Positions 34,312 through 42,628 of a stretch of DNA of 49,086 bases are shown here, piece after piece. Origin of the DNA: Candidatus Aegiribacteria sp. (GTDB taxonomy: Bacteria > Fermentibacterota > Fermentibacteria > Fermentibacterales > JCC-6); the NCBI GenBank assembly GCA_030638185.1, contig DAOWFD010000382.1, positions 1 through 49,086 of the forward strand, read 5' to 3'. The notes below the pieces were generated by a model. The model was given only the letters and a program-made list of their open reading frames with translations. It made no database searches and was not told the origin of the DNA. The first letter of the stretch is position 1. Each line of letters starts with the position of its first letter. Both the position numbers and the translations under genes were made by a program.

Positions 34312-35648
34312 TACTTCGCAGCAGACCAGCCGTTATCCATGAGATCCTTCAGCTTTTCAACCAGGGTCTCAACAGGTATCCTTATCTGGCCCAGAGAATC
34401 CCTCTCTCGGATGGTGACACTGTTATCATCAAGCGTATCGAAATCGAAAGTTATACAGAATGGAGTACCTGCTTCGTCCATTCTCCTGTAGCGTTTTCCG
34501 ATCGAGCCGGTATCATCGAACTGTATCGGGAAATGAGGTCTTATCAGGTCAAAGACTTCCATTGTATGCCCGGACAGCTTTTTTGAAAGAGGCAATACCG
34601 CAGCCTTGATAGGAGCCAGGCTTCGGTGAAGGCCGAGAACGATCCTCTCCCTGCCCTCTACCTCCTCTTCGCGATACGCATCAAGAAGAACCGCAAGCAT
34701 GGTTCTTCCAATACCTCCACTTGTTTCTATAACGTAGGGAACAACCTTCCTTTTGTTAATCTGGTCAAGATAGGAAAGATCCTGTCCGCTCTCTTCAATG
34801 TGTGCCTTCAGGTCGTAGTCGGTCCTGTTCGCGACACCTTCAAGCTCACCCCAGCCGCCAGCGGCAAAGGGGAAGGTATATTCGATATCAAAACAGGAAT
34901 TAGCATAATGGGCAAGTTCACTGTCATCATGTCTTCGGGTTCTGATATTCCCGCTCTTTATGCCAAGTCCGTAATACCATTTCATTCTCTCGTCTATCCA
35001 GTACTCAAACCATTTATCAGCCTCTTCCGGAAGACAGAAGAATTCCATCTCCATCTGTTCGAACTCCCTGGACCGGAAGATGAAATTACGCGTAGTTATC
35101 TCGTTCCTGAAAGCCTTACCCATCTGAGCGATTCCAAAGGGGAGTTTCTGCCTGGTCGCGGTTACGATGTTCCTGAAGTTCACGAAAATCGGCTGGCAGG
35201 TTTCGGGGCGGAGGTAGACCGTAGCGGAATCATCTTCCAGGGCACCCATCTTCGTTTTGAACATCAGCCCGAAATCTCTGGGTTCGGTCAGCAGGCCACC
35301 GCATTCGGGGCAAATGTCCCCTTCAATATGATCCAGGCGGAACCTGCCTTTGCATTTCAGGCAATCAACCATCGGGTCATGAAAGTGCTTCAGATGGCCT
35401 GAAGCCTTCCAGACGTCAGGATGCGTTATTATGGCTGAATCCATCCCTACAACATCCGACCTGGAGGATACCATAAAATTCCACCAGCTGTTTTCAATGT
35501 TCTTCTTCAGTTCAACACCCAGGGGACCGTAGTCCCAGGAGGACTGGAGCCCTCCATAGATCTCCCCTGACTGAAACACATATCCGCGTCTTTTGCAGAG
35601 AGATACCAGCTTCTTCATCAGGTCTGTAACGTCAGCGGTCATTTTCAA
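34311..35648 (-). CDS. glyQS: glycine--tRNA ligase (homodimeric class II type)
   Basis: KRRGYVFQSGEIYGGLQSSWDYGPLGVELKKNI, FRNEITTRNFIFRSREFEQMEMEFF, and a C-terminal anticodon-binding domain. Confidence 0.93.
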   Translation of the reverse strand: MKMTADVTDLMKKLVSLCKRRGYVFQSGEIYGGLQSSWDYGPLGVELKKNIENSWWNFMVSSRSDVVGMDSAIITHPDVWKASGHLKHFHDPMVDCLKCKGRFRLDHIEGDICPECGGLLTEPRDFGLMFKTKMGALEDDSATVYLRPETCQPIFVNFRNIVTATRQKLPFGIAQMGKAFRNEITTRNFIFRSREFEQMEMEFFCLPEEADKWFEYWIDERMKWYYGLGIKSGNIRTRRHDDSELAHYANSCFDIEYTFPFAAGGWGELEGVANRTDYDLKAHIEESGQDLSYLDQINKRKVVPYVIETSGGIGRTMLAVLLDAYREEEVEGRERIVLGLHRSLAPIKAAVLPLSKKLSGHTMEVFDLIRPHFPIQFDDTGSIGKRYRRMDEAGTPFCITFDFDTLDDNSVTIRERDSLGQIRIPVETLVEKLKDLMDNGWSAAK

Positions 35649-36327
35649 GGTCCTCCAGTACTGAAAGTGATTTCAATTTCATTCTAGTTTCCATATGTAC
35701 TTCAGCGAATCTTCTCATAAGTTCAAGACATTGCCTGTATCCACCGCGCCAGAGTTTCAGGTTCCGGACTTCATCCAGTCTGCCTTTTCTTGATTTGCGG
35801 ATGAATGCGATCAGGCCGGGAGGGATCCTTTCAAAGCTGCCGCTGCTGCAGTTCTCACATACGATACCGCCCGAAGACGTATCCCACAGTGATGATCCTT
35901 GTGGGTCTCCGCCGCATCGCGTGCAGCGGTCAATTTCCATAGCGAAGCCGGAAAGCCTTAGAGCCTTCTCTATACCGGAACATAATACAGGCCAGAAGGG
36001 AGCGCCTGCGGCGAAATTGTCAAGAACACCGCGAATAAGATGGAACATGGGATGCGACGGTTCGCTACCAGTTATGGAGTGTAGAAGCCATTCGATGAAA
36101 AGACAGGAATGAACGAAGGCTTCAGGATCTCTGCGGATTGTTTCGTAATGGTTGATAACGGTGGCTTCGGTGGCAGTATCCAACTCCCTGCCATCCCTCC
36201 TGGAAAGGGAAAGATCCACCAAGGAGAAAAGTTCAACCCTTCCAAAAAATGAACTCTTTGGCCTGAGAGCCCCCTTGGCGATTGCCGATATCCTGCCGAA
36301 ATCCAGGGAGTAGAGAGTCAGTATCAA
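35632..36327 (-). CDS. recO: DNA repair protein RecO. Coordinates are for the TTG start; the conserved N-terminus continues upstream, see findings.
   Basis: LILTLYSLDFGRISAIAKGA parallels E. coli [20 protein letters not shown]. Zn-finger CTRCG...CENC. Confidence 0.85.
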   Translation of the reverse strand: MILTLYSLDFGRISAIAKGALRPKSSFFGRVELFSLVDLSLSRRDGRELDTATEATVINHYETIRRDPEAFVHSCLFIEWLLHSITGSEPSHPMFHLIRGVLDNFAAGAPFWPVLCSGIEKALRLSGFAMEIDRCTRCGGDPQGSSLWDTSSGGIVCENCSSGSFERIPPGLIAFIRKSRKGRLDEVRNLKLWRGGYRQCLELMRRFAEVHMETRMKLKSLSVLEDLENDR

Positions 36328-36423
36328 GGATGATTCACTCCATCGGACTCTGCGAAGAACGAATGAAGGAGTTGTAGTTCTGATATTATCACACTCCGAA
36401 GATATAAGATCCCGCAGGGGACA

Positions 36424-37644
36424 TCAGTCCGATTCATCCCCTTGGTTTTCGATGGGTTCCACTCTGACATTGAGTATCCGCTGGGCTCTTATCTGTTCAA
36501 CTGTGAACCTGTAACCTGAAAGTTCGGCTGCGTCCAGCTGGCGGGGTATTTTACCCATAAGATTGTAAATCATGCCTCCGAGACTTTCGTAACCATCATC
36601 TTCGAATGTTGTGCCAAGCAGTTCGTTAAGGTCGTCTATAGGTATGCGTGCGTCCAGAATGTAGGAGTTGCCATCGAGCTTCTTTACCAGAAGGGCTTCC
36701 TTATCGTATTCATCCAGAATCTCGCCGAAAACTTCCTCCATGATGTCTTCTATTGTTACAAGCCCCGCGGTTCCGCCGTATTCGTCAACCACAATCGCCA
36801 TGTGTATTCTGTTCGACTGAAACTCACGAAGAAGTTCATCGATCCTCTTGTACTCCGGAACAAAATATGGTTTCCTCAGAATACTTTTCAATTCAAAACT
36901 GTTAGTATCTTCTGAAAGAAGAACAAGGATATCCTTGGCGTACAACACTCCGCGGATATTGTCTATTCTTTCTTCGTATACCGGTATCCTTGAATGTCCC
37001 GCCTTTTTCAGCTCACCGACCACTTTTGACAGATCCGCATTTATTTCCACACATACAATATCGATACGGGGAACCATGACCTCTCTGATGATCTTATCGG
37101 AGAAATCAATAATGCTATCCATAAGTTCCTGCTCTTTTTCAAATTCCCCCGGATCGCCCTTCTCCCTGCGTCTTTCCAGCCAGATGACATCGGGAGGAGT
37201 GATAAGCCAGTCCGCGGAATCGGGATTATCATTCCCGCTGCTGCCGAAAATCATAAGAGCAGGTAAACGGAAGGGAAGGGAAACTATCCAGTAAGGGGTT
37301 TTCAGAAAGTATAGCAATCGAAGAGCATTCCTTTTCGCTATGAGGGAAGGCAAAATCACCGAAAGAATGAATGTAATCAGGATAAGGATGAATATTGTAA
37401 GCCAATAAGGTAATGCAACATACGAAGAAGATTTTCCCGCCAGTAGTATTGCACCCGCTCCCGCGCTGACCATGGCGGTGAAGCTCATCAGCCACAGTAT
37501 TCCAAGGTGAAAGAAGGCTATCTGTCTCCGTTCCGAAGGATCCCTGCCTTTGGAGAGGATAATCTCGGGTATGCAGGATCTAATTCCCGAGGAAACGAAC
37601 AGCACCAGAAGAGAGGCGAGGTATACAACAACGGCTGTAATCAA
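36424..37644 (-). CDS. CNNM/CorC-HlyC family transporter-associated protein (DUF21-CBS pair-CorC_HlyC)
   Basis: Four N-terminal TM segments, a CBS pair (VMVPRIDIV...IPVYEE) and a C-terminal CorC_HlyC domain. The TTG start overlaps the ybeY stop (TTGA). Confidence 0.85.
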   Translation of the reverse strand: MITAVVVYLASLLVLFVSSGIRSCIPEIILSKGRDPSERRQIAFFHLGILWLMSFTAMVSAGAGAILLAGKSSSYVALPYWLTIFILILITFILSVILPSLIAKRNALRLLYFLKTPYWIVSLPFRLPALMIFGSSGNDNPDSADWLITPPDVIWLERRREKGDPGEFEKEQELMDSIIDFSDKIIREVMVPRIDIVCVEINADLSKVVGELKKAGHSRIPVYEERIDNIRGVLYAKDILVLLSEDTNSFELKSILRKPYFVPEYKRIDELLREFQSNRIHMAIVVDEYGGTAGLVTIEDIMEEVFGEILDEYDKEALLVKKLDGNSYILDARIPIDDLNELLGTTFEDDGYESLGGMIYNLMGKIPRQLDAAELSGYRFTVEQIRAQRILNVRVEPIENQGDESD

Positions 37645-38039
37645 TTCTCCACCTGCTTTCCAAGGGCAGCCGCTACAAGAGAATCAACTTCCCTGCTCAT
37701 AATACCTGCATCCTTCTCGTTACTGTGGGAATATCCTTTAAGGTGCAGGTAGCCATGAAAGATTCGCTCAAGCAATGCTTCCATGGGAGGGAACAGCCGC
37801 ACGTCAGCATAGATCGTACCCTCAGGCCTGTCCTCTTCCCTTAAAGCCAGATCAAAAGAAAGAACATCAGTGGCTCTGTCAATATGGCGGTACTCTCTAT
37901 TGAGTACCCTGAGATAACCCGGATCAGTCAGAACAACCTCAACACAACCCTCCATCAGATTATCGATCAGACTCTTTATTTCTTCCGCACTGAATCCTGC
38001 ATTTTCAACGATTATGCTGACGTCAGCCATTTGAATCAC
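37641..38039 (-). CDS. ybeY: rRNA maturation RNase YbeY
   Basis: HGYLHLKGYSH metal-binding motif and TDVLSF. Confidence 0.88.
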   Translation of the reverse strand: MIQMADVSIIVENAGFSAEEIKSLIDNLMEGCVEVVLTDPGYLRVLNREYRHIDRATDVLSFDLALREEDRPEGTIYADVRLFPPMEALLERIFHGYLHLKGYSHSNEKDAGIMSREVDSLVAAALGKQVEN

Positions 38040-40038
38040 CTATTGGATAATCGTTTACCCTCTTGTAGAATTTACTTTCGAGAACAGATGTGAACACCTT
38101 TACAATGGTCTTGAGGTTTCTTCTGGTAAGATGACAGTCGTCAAGTTCACCCTCAAGGTCTTTTTCATCTACAACCCTTGCAACCAGTTCAGCTACTCCT
38201 TCGGGAGAAGCCAGATTCTTGGTGAAGGATGCCGTCTGGTCAGCAAGCAGTACCAGAGCCGCCTCTATAGTTGAAGGTCTTGGACCCGTATAGGAGAAAT
38301 CGCTTTTCTTTATACTTTTTGGGTCACATGATTCCTGCAGTGCCTTACTATAAAAGTATTTAGTAAGACTTACCCCGTGATGCTGCTGTATAATATGAAT
38401 AACTGCTCTGGGAAGTTTCGCCTTTTCTGCCAATTCCACGCCGTCTTTCACGTGTGCGATGATCTTTCTTGCACTTACCCACGGGTTCATGCTGTCATGG
38501 GGGTTCTCCATGTTTTGCTGGTTTTCTATAAACATCTCAGGAGCAGCCATCTTTCCAATATCGTGGAAATATCCACCTGCGGAAGCGAGTGATTCCCAGG
38601 CATTGATAGCTCCCGCTGCGCGACCAGCAAGCTCAGCGACGGTTTGAGAGTGATTCCATGTTCCGGGGGCAACCTCCCTCATCTGTTTTAGAAGAGGATG
38701 ATCAGTTTTGTTAACTTCATCAATGGAAAGGACCGTATAGACTCCGAAAATCCTCTCGAAAAGGAATAGAAGCGCGTGTGCGGAACCTATACCGACAACT
38801 GGAACAAGCAGAAGCCCAAGAATAGATTCCGTCATGGATGATGAATATAGAGACGTGTTAAGCATGTGCAGAAGAAGATAAACGCAAACACCACCCACTG
38901 CCGACAGGCCTATAGCAACAGGAACGCTGCGCCTTTCCCTTACATCCCATACGGTAAGAGAGGCCAGAATTCCTGAAACTGCTGAAATAAGTACTATGGA
39001 GTAGGGATGAGGATGAACAAGACCGAGAAGCATGGAGAAGATCAGAGTAAAAAAGACCGCGTGCCTTCTGTGAAAGAAAATACTGGTCAAGGCCGCTCCG
39101 AATGTGACCATGGATGCACAGGGGAAACTGGCACTATTCTTAAGAGCCAGCCATAGAGTTCCGGTGGTTGCAAGAGATATTATCCATATCACGCCGAGAA
39201 GAAGAAATCTGTTGGCTGCTTGCCATGTATCCGGCATGATGTCATGAATGTAGAAGAATACTATTCCAGTCATTATAAATGCAAGAAGAAGAAGACTTAA
39301 TACACGCTTGAACCGACGGTTTTCCATGGCGGTATTCTTCAGGTGATCCAGGTATTCGATAGTTCTCGAAGTCACCTGCTCATTCGCTTCCAAAAGGACA
39401 CTTCCCGCTGTTATCGTTGTATCGATATTACTGAGTCCGGCAACGGCTGTCTCCGCGTTTGCCTGCCTGGAAGAGTCGTTCACTATGAGGTTGGGCCGAA
39501 GAATGGAGGATATCTCAGCTTGATCATCGCCGGGGAAATCCCATCTCGCCATTCTTATTTCAAGAATATCCCTTACATCCTCTATTTCATTGATATCGAA
39601 AAGCTGCCTGTCCTCTGTTCCGGAGGAGCCAAGGAGAACAGCTTGTTCTCCATCGTAATGCTCACGAACATCATCCAGGCTGAACACACCCTCTTCGTAA
39701 ATCGATTGCAGTTCCTCAACCATGCCCCTTGCAAAAGAGGAATCGTAGGTGGCGAGAAGCAGCATGGGATAGAGCCTGTTCTTCAGGGACTGCCAGACCT
39801 CCTGGTCAAACTTCAGATGTACCGGTATGGATTCAAGCATCGCGTCTCGGATTTCATCGAATACCTCCTCGTGATACGGAAGGTCGAAGTCGACGGGAGC
39901 AACTATATCATGAGGGAGGGTCTGGCCGACACTAAGCTCAAGATCAATAATTTGTTTGTCAGGCATGAAAAACAGATAGAAGGTGCCGATGAATATAGCC
40001 GCAACAAGGCTCCCACTGAGTAAATTACTGGTTTTCAT
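38023..40038 (-). CDS. 7TM-HD (HDIG) membrane phosphohydrolase, PgpH/YqfF family
   Basis: Extracellular N-domain, 7 TM segments, and an HD domain (HSQTVAELA, YFHDIGKMAAP, IIQQHHG). Confidence 0.85.
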   Translation of the reverse strand: MKTSNLLSGSLVAAIFIGTFYLFFMPDKQIIDLELSVGQTLPHDIVAPVDFDLPYHEEVFDEIRDAMLESIPVHLKFDQEVWQSLKNRLYPMLLLATYDSSFARGMVEELQSIYEEGVFSLDDVREHYDGEQAVLLGSSGTEDRQLFDINEIEDVRDILEIRMARWDFPGDDQAEISSILRPNLIVNDSSRQANAETAVAGLSNIDTTITAGSVLLEANEQVTSRTIEYLDHLKNTAMENRRFKRVLSLLLLAFIMTGIVFFYIHDIMPDTWQAANRFLLLGVIWIISLATTGTLWLALKNSASFPCASMVTFGAALTSIFFHRRHAVFFTLIFSMLLGLVHPHPYSIVLISAVSGILASLTVWDVRERRSVPVAIGLSAVGGVCVYLLLHMLNTSLYSSSMTESILGLLLVPVVGIGSAHALLFLFERIFGVYTVLSIDEVNKTDHPLLKQMREVAPGTWNHSQTVAELAGRAAGAINAWESLASAGGYFHDIGKMAAPEMFIENQQNMENPHDSMNPWVSARKIIAHVKDGVELAEKAKLPRAVIHIIQQHHGVSLTKYFYSKALQESCDPKSIKKSDFSYTGPRPSTIEAALVLLADQTASFTKNLASPEGVAELVARVVDEKDLEGELDDCHLTRRNLKTIVKVFTSVLESKFYKRVNDYPIGDSNG

Positions 40039-40099
40039 TATGCAGCAAACTGCCGGAGGATAGTCCGGAAGAAGAAAACTGGAAACCCGGAATCAGCAG

Positions 40100-41056
40100 T
40101 CATCTGTACACCTTTCCGTCTTCATCTCGTTTAAAAGCTGAAATAATGCTCTGTACAAGCGGATGTCTTACTACATCTTCCTGATCAAGGTATGTGAACT
40201 CTATGCCCTCTATACCCGAAAGAATCCTTCTTATTACAACTAGCCCCGAAGATGAGGGTGGGGTGATATCTATCTGGGTTATGTCACCTGTAATAATCGC
40301 CCTTGAGCTATATCCCAGCCTTGTAATAAACATTTTCAGCTGGGTTATTGAGGTGTTCTGAGCTTCATCGAGGATAACAAAGGCGTTGTTCAGGGTTCTT
40401 CCACGCATATATGCGAGGGGAGCGACTTCGATAATCCGATTATCTAAGGATCGTCGAACTCTAGCAGGTGATAAAGTGTCATCCAACGCATCGTATACCG
40501 GTTTCAGATAAGGGTCTATCTTCTGTTGAAGGTCTCCCGGGAGGAACCCCAGTTTTTCTCCCGCTTCAACAGCAGGTCTTGAAATGATTATTTTGTCAAC
40601 TTCACCGTCGGTAAGGGCAGCCACAGCGCTGGCAACAGCAAGGTAAGTCTTTCCGGTACCCGCCGGACCAATACAGAATACCAGTTCAGAATTCCTGATT
40701 GCACGCAGGTACTTCTCCTGCCCGGAGGTTTTCGGAAGTATCCGCCCCGCACGCCCCGGAACGGAGAGTTCAAGAGATATGTCATGATTTTCAGGAAAAC
40801 TCAATGCGGCGTCAACACTGTGATCACTCAGGTTGCCGGAGGCTATCAGTTCATGCTCTAGCCTTAAAATAACCGTTTTTGCCTTCTCAACTGATCTTCC
40901 GCTGTTGCCGGAAATATAAAGGCTGCCGTCTCTGTAAATGGCTTTTACGTCAAGTTTTTTGCAGATATACCTGAGGTTGCTGTCTCCACTACCAAATATC
41001 TTGCTCGCGGATTCTCTGGAAAGGTCTATTTTCGCGTCTATTGAATGATCCTGCAT
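40100..41056 (-). CDS. phoH: PhoH-like ATPase (YbeZ)
   Basis: Walker A GPAGTGKTYLAVA, FVILDEAQN, and an N-terminal KH-like region. Confidence 0.9.
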   Translation of the reverse strand: MQDHSIDAKIDLSRESASKIFGSGDSNLRYICKKLDVKAIYRDGSLYISGNSGRSVEKAKTVILRLEHELIASGNLSDHSVDAALSFPENHDISLELSVPGRAGRILPKTSGQEKYLRAIRNSELVFCIGPAGTGKTYLAVASAVAALTDGEVDKIIISRPAVEAGEKLGFLPGDLQQKIDPYLKPVYDALDDTLSPARVRRSLDNRIIEVAPLAYMRGRTLNNAFVILDEAQNTSITQLKMFITRLGYSSRAIITGDITQIDITPPSSSGLVVIRRILSGIEGIEFTYLDQEDVVRHPLVQSIISAFKRDEDGKVYR

Positions 41057-41130
41057 TCAGTAAGTTCTTTCAGATAAAAGGAAGACTCTCCACAATAACT
41101 GTGAAGAGCCCTCCATATCCGCTGATAATT

Positions 41131-41805
41131 CTAGCGTGATCCTCCAAAACCCCCAGAACGGGGTATATCAAGAACCTGTCCTGGGTAGATCAGATTAGGA
41201 TCTCTAATTACACTGCGATTAGCTTCGTAAAGCTGAGGCCACATGCCTCTGTCGCCGTAAACTCTGCTGTATCCGGCAATCTTACCGAGGAAATCGCCCT
41301 CGATGACTGTGTAACGGCTGAGCATAGGCAATGGTAACCAGAGAGTATGCCCTGCGTAGATCAGGTTGGGATCGCTGATGGTGTCGCGGTTGCGTTCGTA
41401 GATGGCAGGCCACTGCGAACCATCACCGTAGTTGTAGTGATAGGATGCTATTAACCAGAGACATTCTCCATCAAGAATAGTATGCTGCACACCGGCGCCA
41501 CGAAGGCGTGTGATCTCTGCCCTGAGGGCATTGATCTCGGCTGTAAGCTCCGCTATCCGTGTGTTAAGTGTATCACGTATGTCGCGAAGAGGAAAAACTT
41601 GAGGTTCGAGCTCTGCTATACGAGCATCTGCCTCGGCCTTTCTCCATTCCCAGTACGCGATCTGAAGATGAATGTCATCATCTCCCATTGCTTCGATTTC
41701 AGCTTGTGAATACGCTGAAAGCTCCTCGGCTGTCCAGGTCTTAGCGAGACCCGTTGATGCAAGGCCGAGGCAAATCATCAGAGCTAATACTAGTGTACGC
41801 TTCAT
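41131..41805 (-). CDS. secreted coiled-coil protein with two LysM domains
   Basis: Signal peptide MKRTLVLALMICLGLASTGLA, then a coiled coil, then two LysM repeats ending DPNLIYAGHTLWLP and DPNLIYPGQVLDIP. Confidence 0.8.
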   Translation of the reverse strand: MKRTLVLALMICLGLASTGLAKTWTAEELSAYSQAEIEAMGDDDIHLQIAYWEWRKAEADARIAELEPQVFPLRDIRDTLNTRIAELTAEINALRAEITRLRGAGVQHTILDGECLWLIASYHYNYGDGSQWPAIYERNRDTISDPNLIYAGHTLWLPLPMLSRYTVIEGDFLGKIAGYSRVYGDRGMWPQLYEANRSVIRDPNLIYPGQVLDIPRSGGFGGSR

Positions 41806-41823
41806 TGTTTTCCCCTTTCCTTG

Positions 41824-42096
41824 CTATCGGCTTCCGCCGCCGAGTGCATAATATTCCTGCTGAAGTTCAGCGAGTTCTGCTTCAAGAGCTGCTACCTGTT
41901 CCTGCTTTGCAGTGATTTCACCAGGAAGATTCACGAGTTCTTCCTCAAGCCCATCAGCCCTTACTTCAGCAGCGAGAGCCGCTGAACGGGCATCATCTCT
42001 TGCTTGAAGTTCCGCAGCGCTGGGTCCACAAGCTGCCATAAGCAGAGACACGCTCAGGAGTCCAAGACAGAACCATTTTGTTCTCGTCTTGAGCAT
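41824..42096 (-). CDS. small coiled-coil lipoprotein
   Basis: Lipobox LLSVSLLMAACG. The ~65-aa mature part is Ala/Glu/Leu-rich and helical. SD AGGAGG is present. Confidence 0.7.
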   Translation of the reverse strand: MLKTRTKWFCLGLLSVSLLMAACGPSAAELQARDDARSAALAAEVRADGLEEELVNLPGEITAKQEQVAALEAELAELQQEYYALGGGSR

Positions 42097-42198
42097 ACCT
42101 GGTACCTCCTCTCGATTTCATTCGGTTTGGGTTATTTACAAAAATACAAAAGTACGCATACATTTTCATATACTCGTACGGCTGGACACCAATATAGA

Positions 42199-42226
42199 AT
42201 CTTAACGAAAACGGAATAGATGTCAA
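42199..42226 (-). promoter_or_regulatory. possible promoter TTGACA-N16-TAAGAT upstream of the small lipoprotein gene
   Basis: The minus strand reads TTGACAtctattccgttttcgtTAAGAT, about 100 nt upstream of the ATG. Confidence 0.35.
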
Positions 42227-42244
42227 GAAGAATCCGCAGGATGT

Positions 42245-42628
42245 TCAACCGTTCTTCTTGAACTCCTTCCGATACCATAAATATAATGAAAGACCAAGTG
42301 CAAGTCCCGCAATATCTGCGAGCAGATCTCCAGCTGAGCAATCTCTCCCCGGAATGAAACTCTGGTGTATCTCATCGCTGATAGCATAAATGATCCCAGA
42401 GACAAACATGACCGTAACAGGATAGAATCTCCTGCAGAGATCGCGGTTTACAATCATGGAAATAGATAGAAGAAAATACATCCCTGCGTGAAGGACTTTA
42501 TCCTGATGTGTAAAAAGCGGAGGAATCACTTTCAATGATGGCTGATGGCTGAGGTAGAATATTCCTCCAAGCATAAATAACAGAAAGCCTCTTTTCGCTG
42601 CCGCTTGTAGAAGAAACCTCGCTTTCAT
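42245..42628 (-). CDS. VanZ family membrane protein
   Basis: DKVLHAGMYFLLS and DEIHQSFIPGRDCSAGDLLADIAG. The start shares 1 nt with the upstream stop. Confidence 0.8.
   Translation of the reverse strand: MKARFLLQAAAKRGFLLFMLGGIFYLSHQPSLKVIPPLFTHQDKVLHAGMYFLLSISMIVNRDLCRRFYPVTVMFVSGIIYAISDEIHQSFIPGRDCSAGDLLADIAGLALGLSLYLWYRKEFKKNG

Noticed and set aside
36410-36420. TCCCGCAGGGG shared between the corC-like/recO spacer and the rho leader (44770-44780), with GATGT/ACATC flanks
   Set aside because: An 11-mer recurring once in 49 kb is expected by chance. Each copy forms only a 3-bp mini-hairpin, and there is no further flanking similarity.
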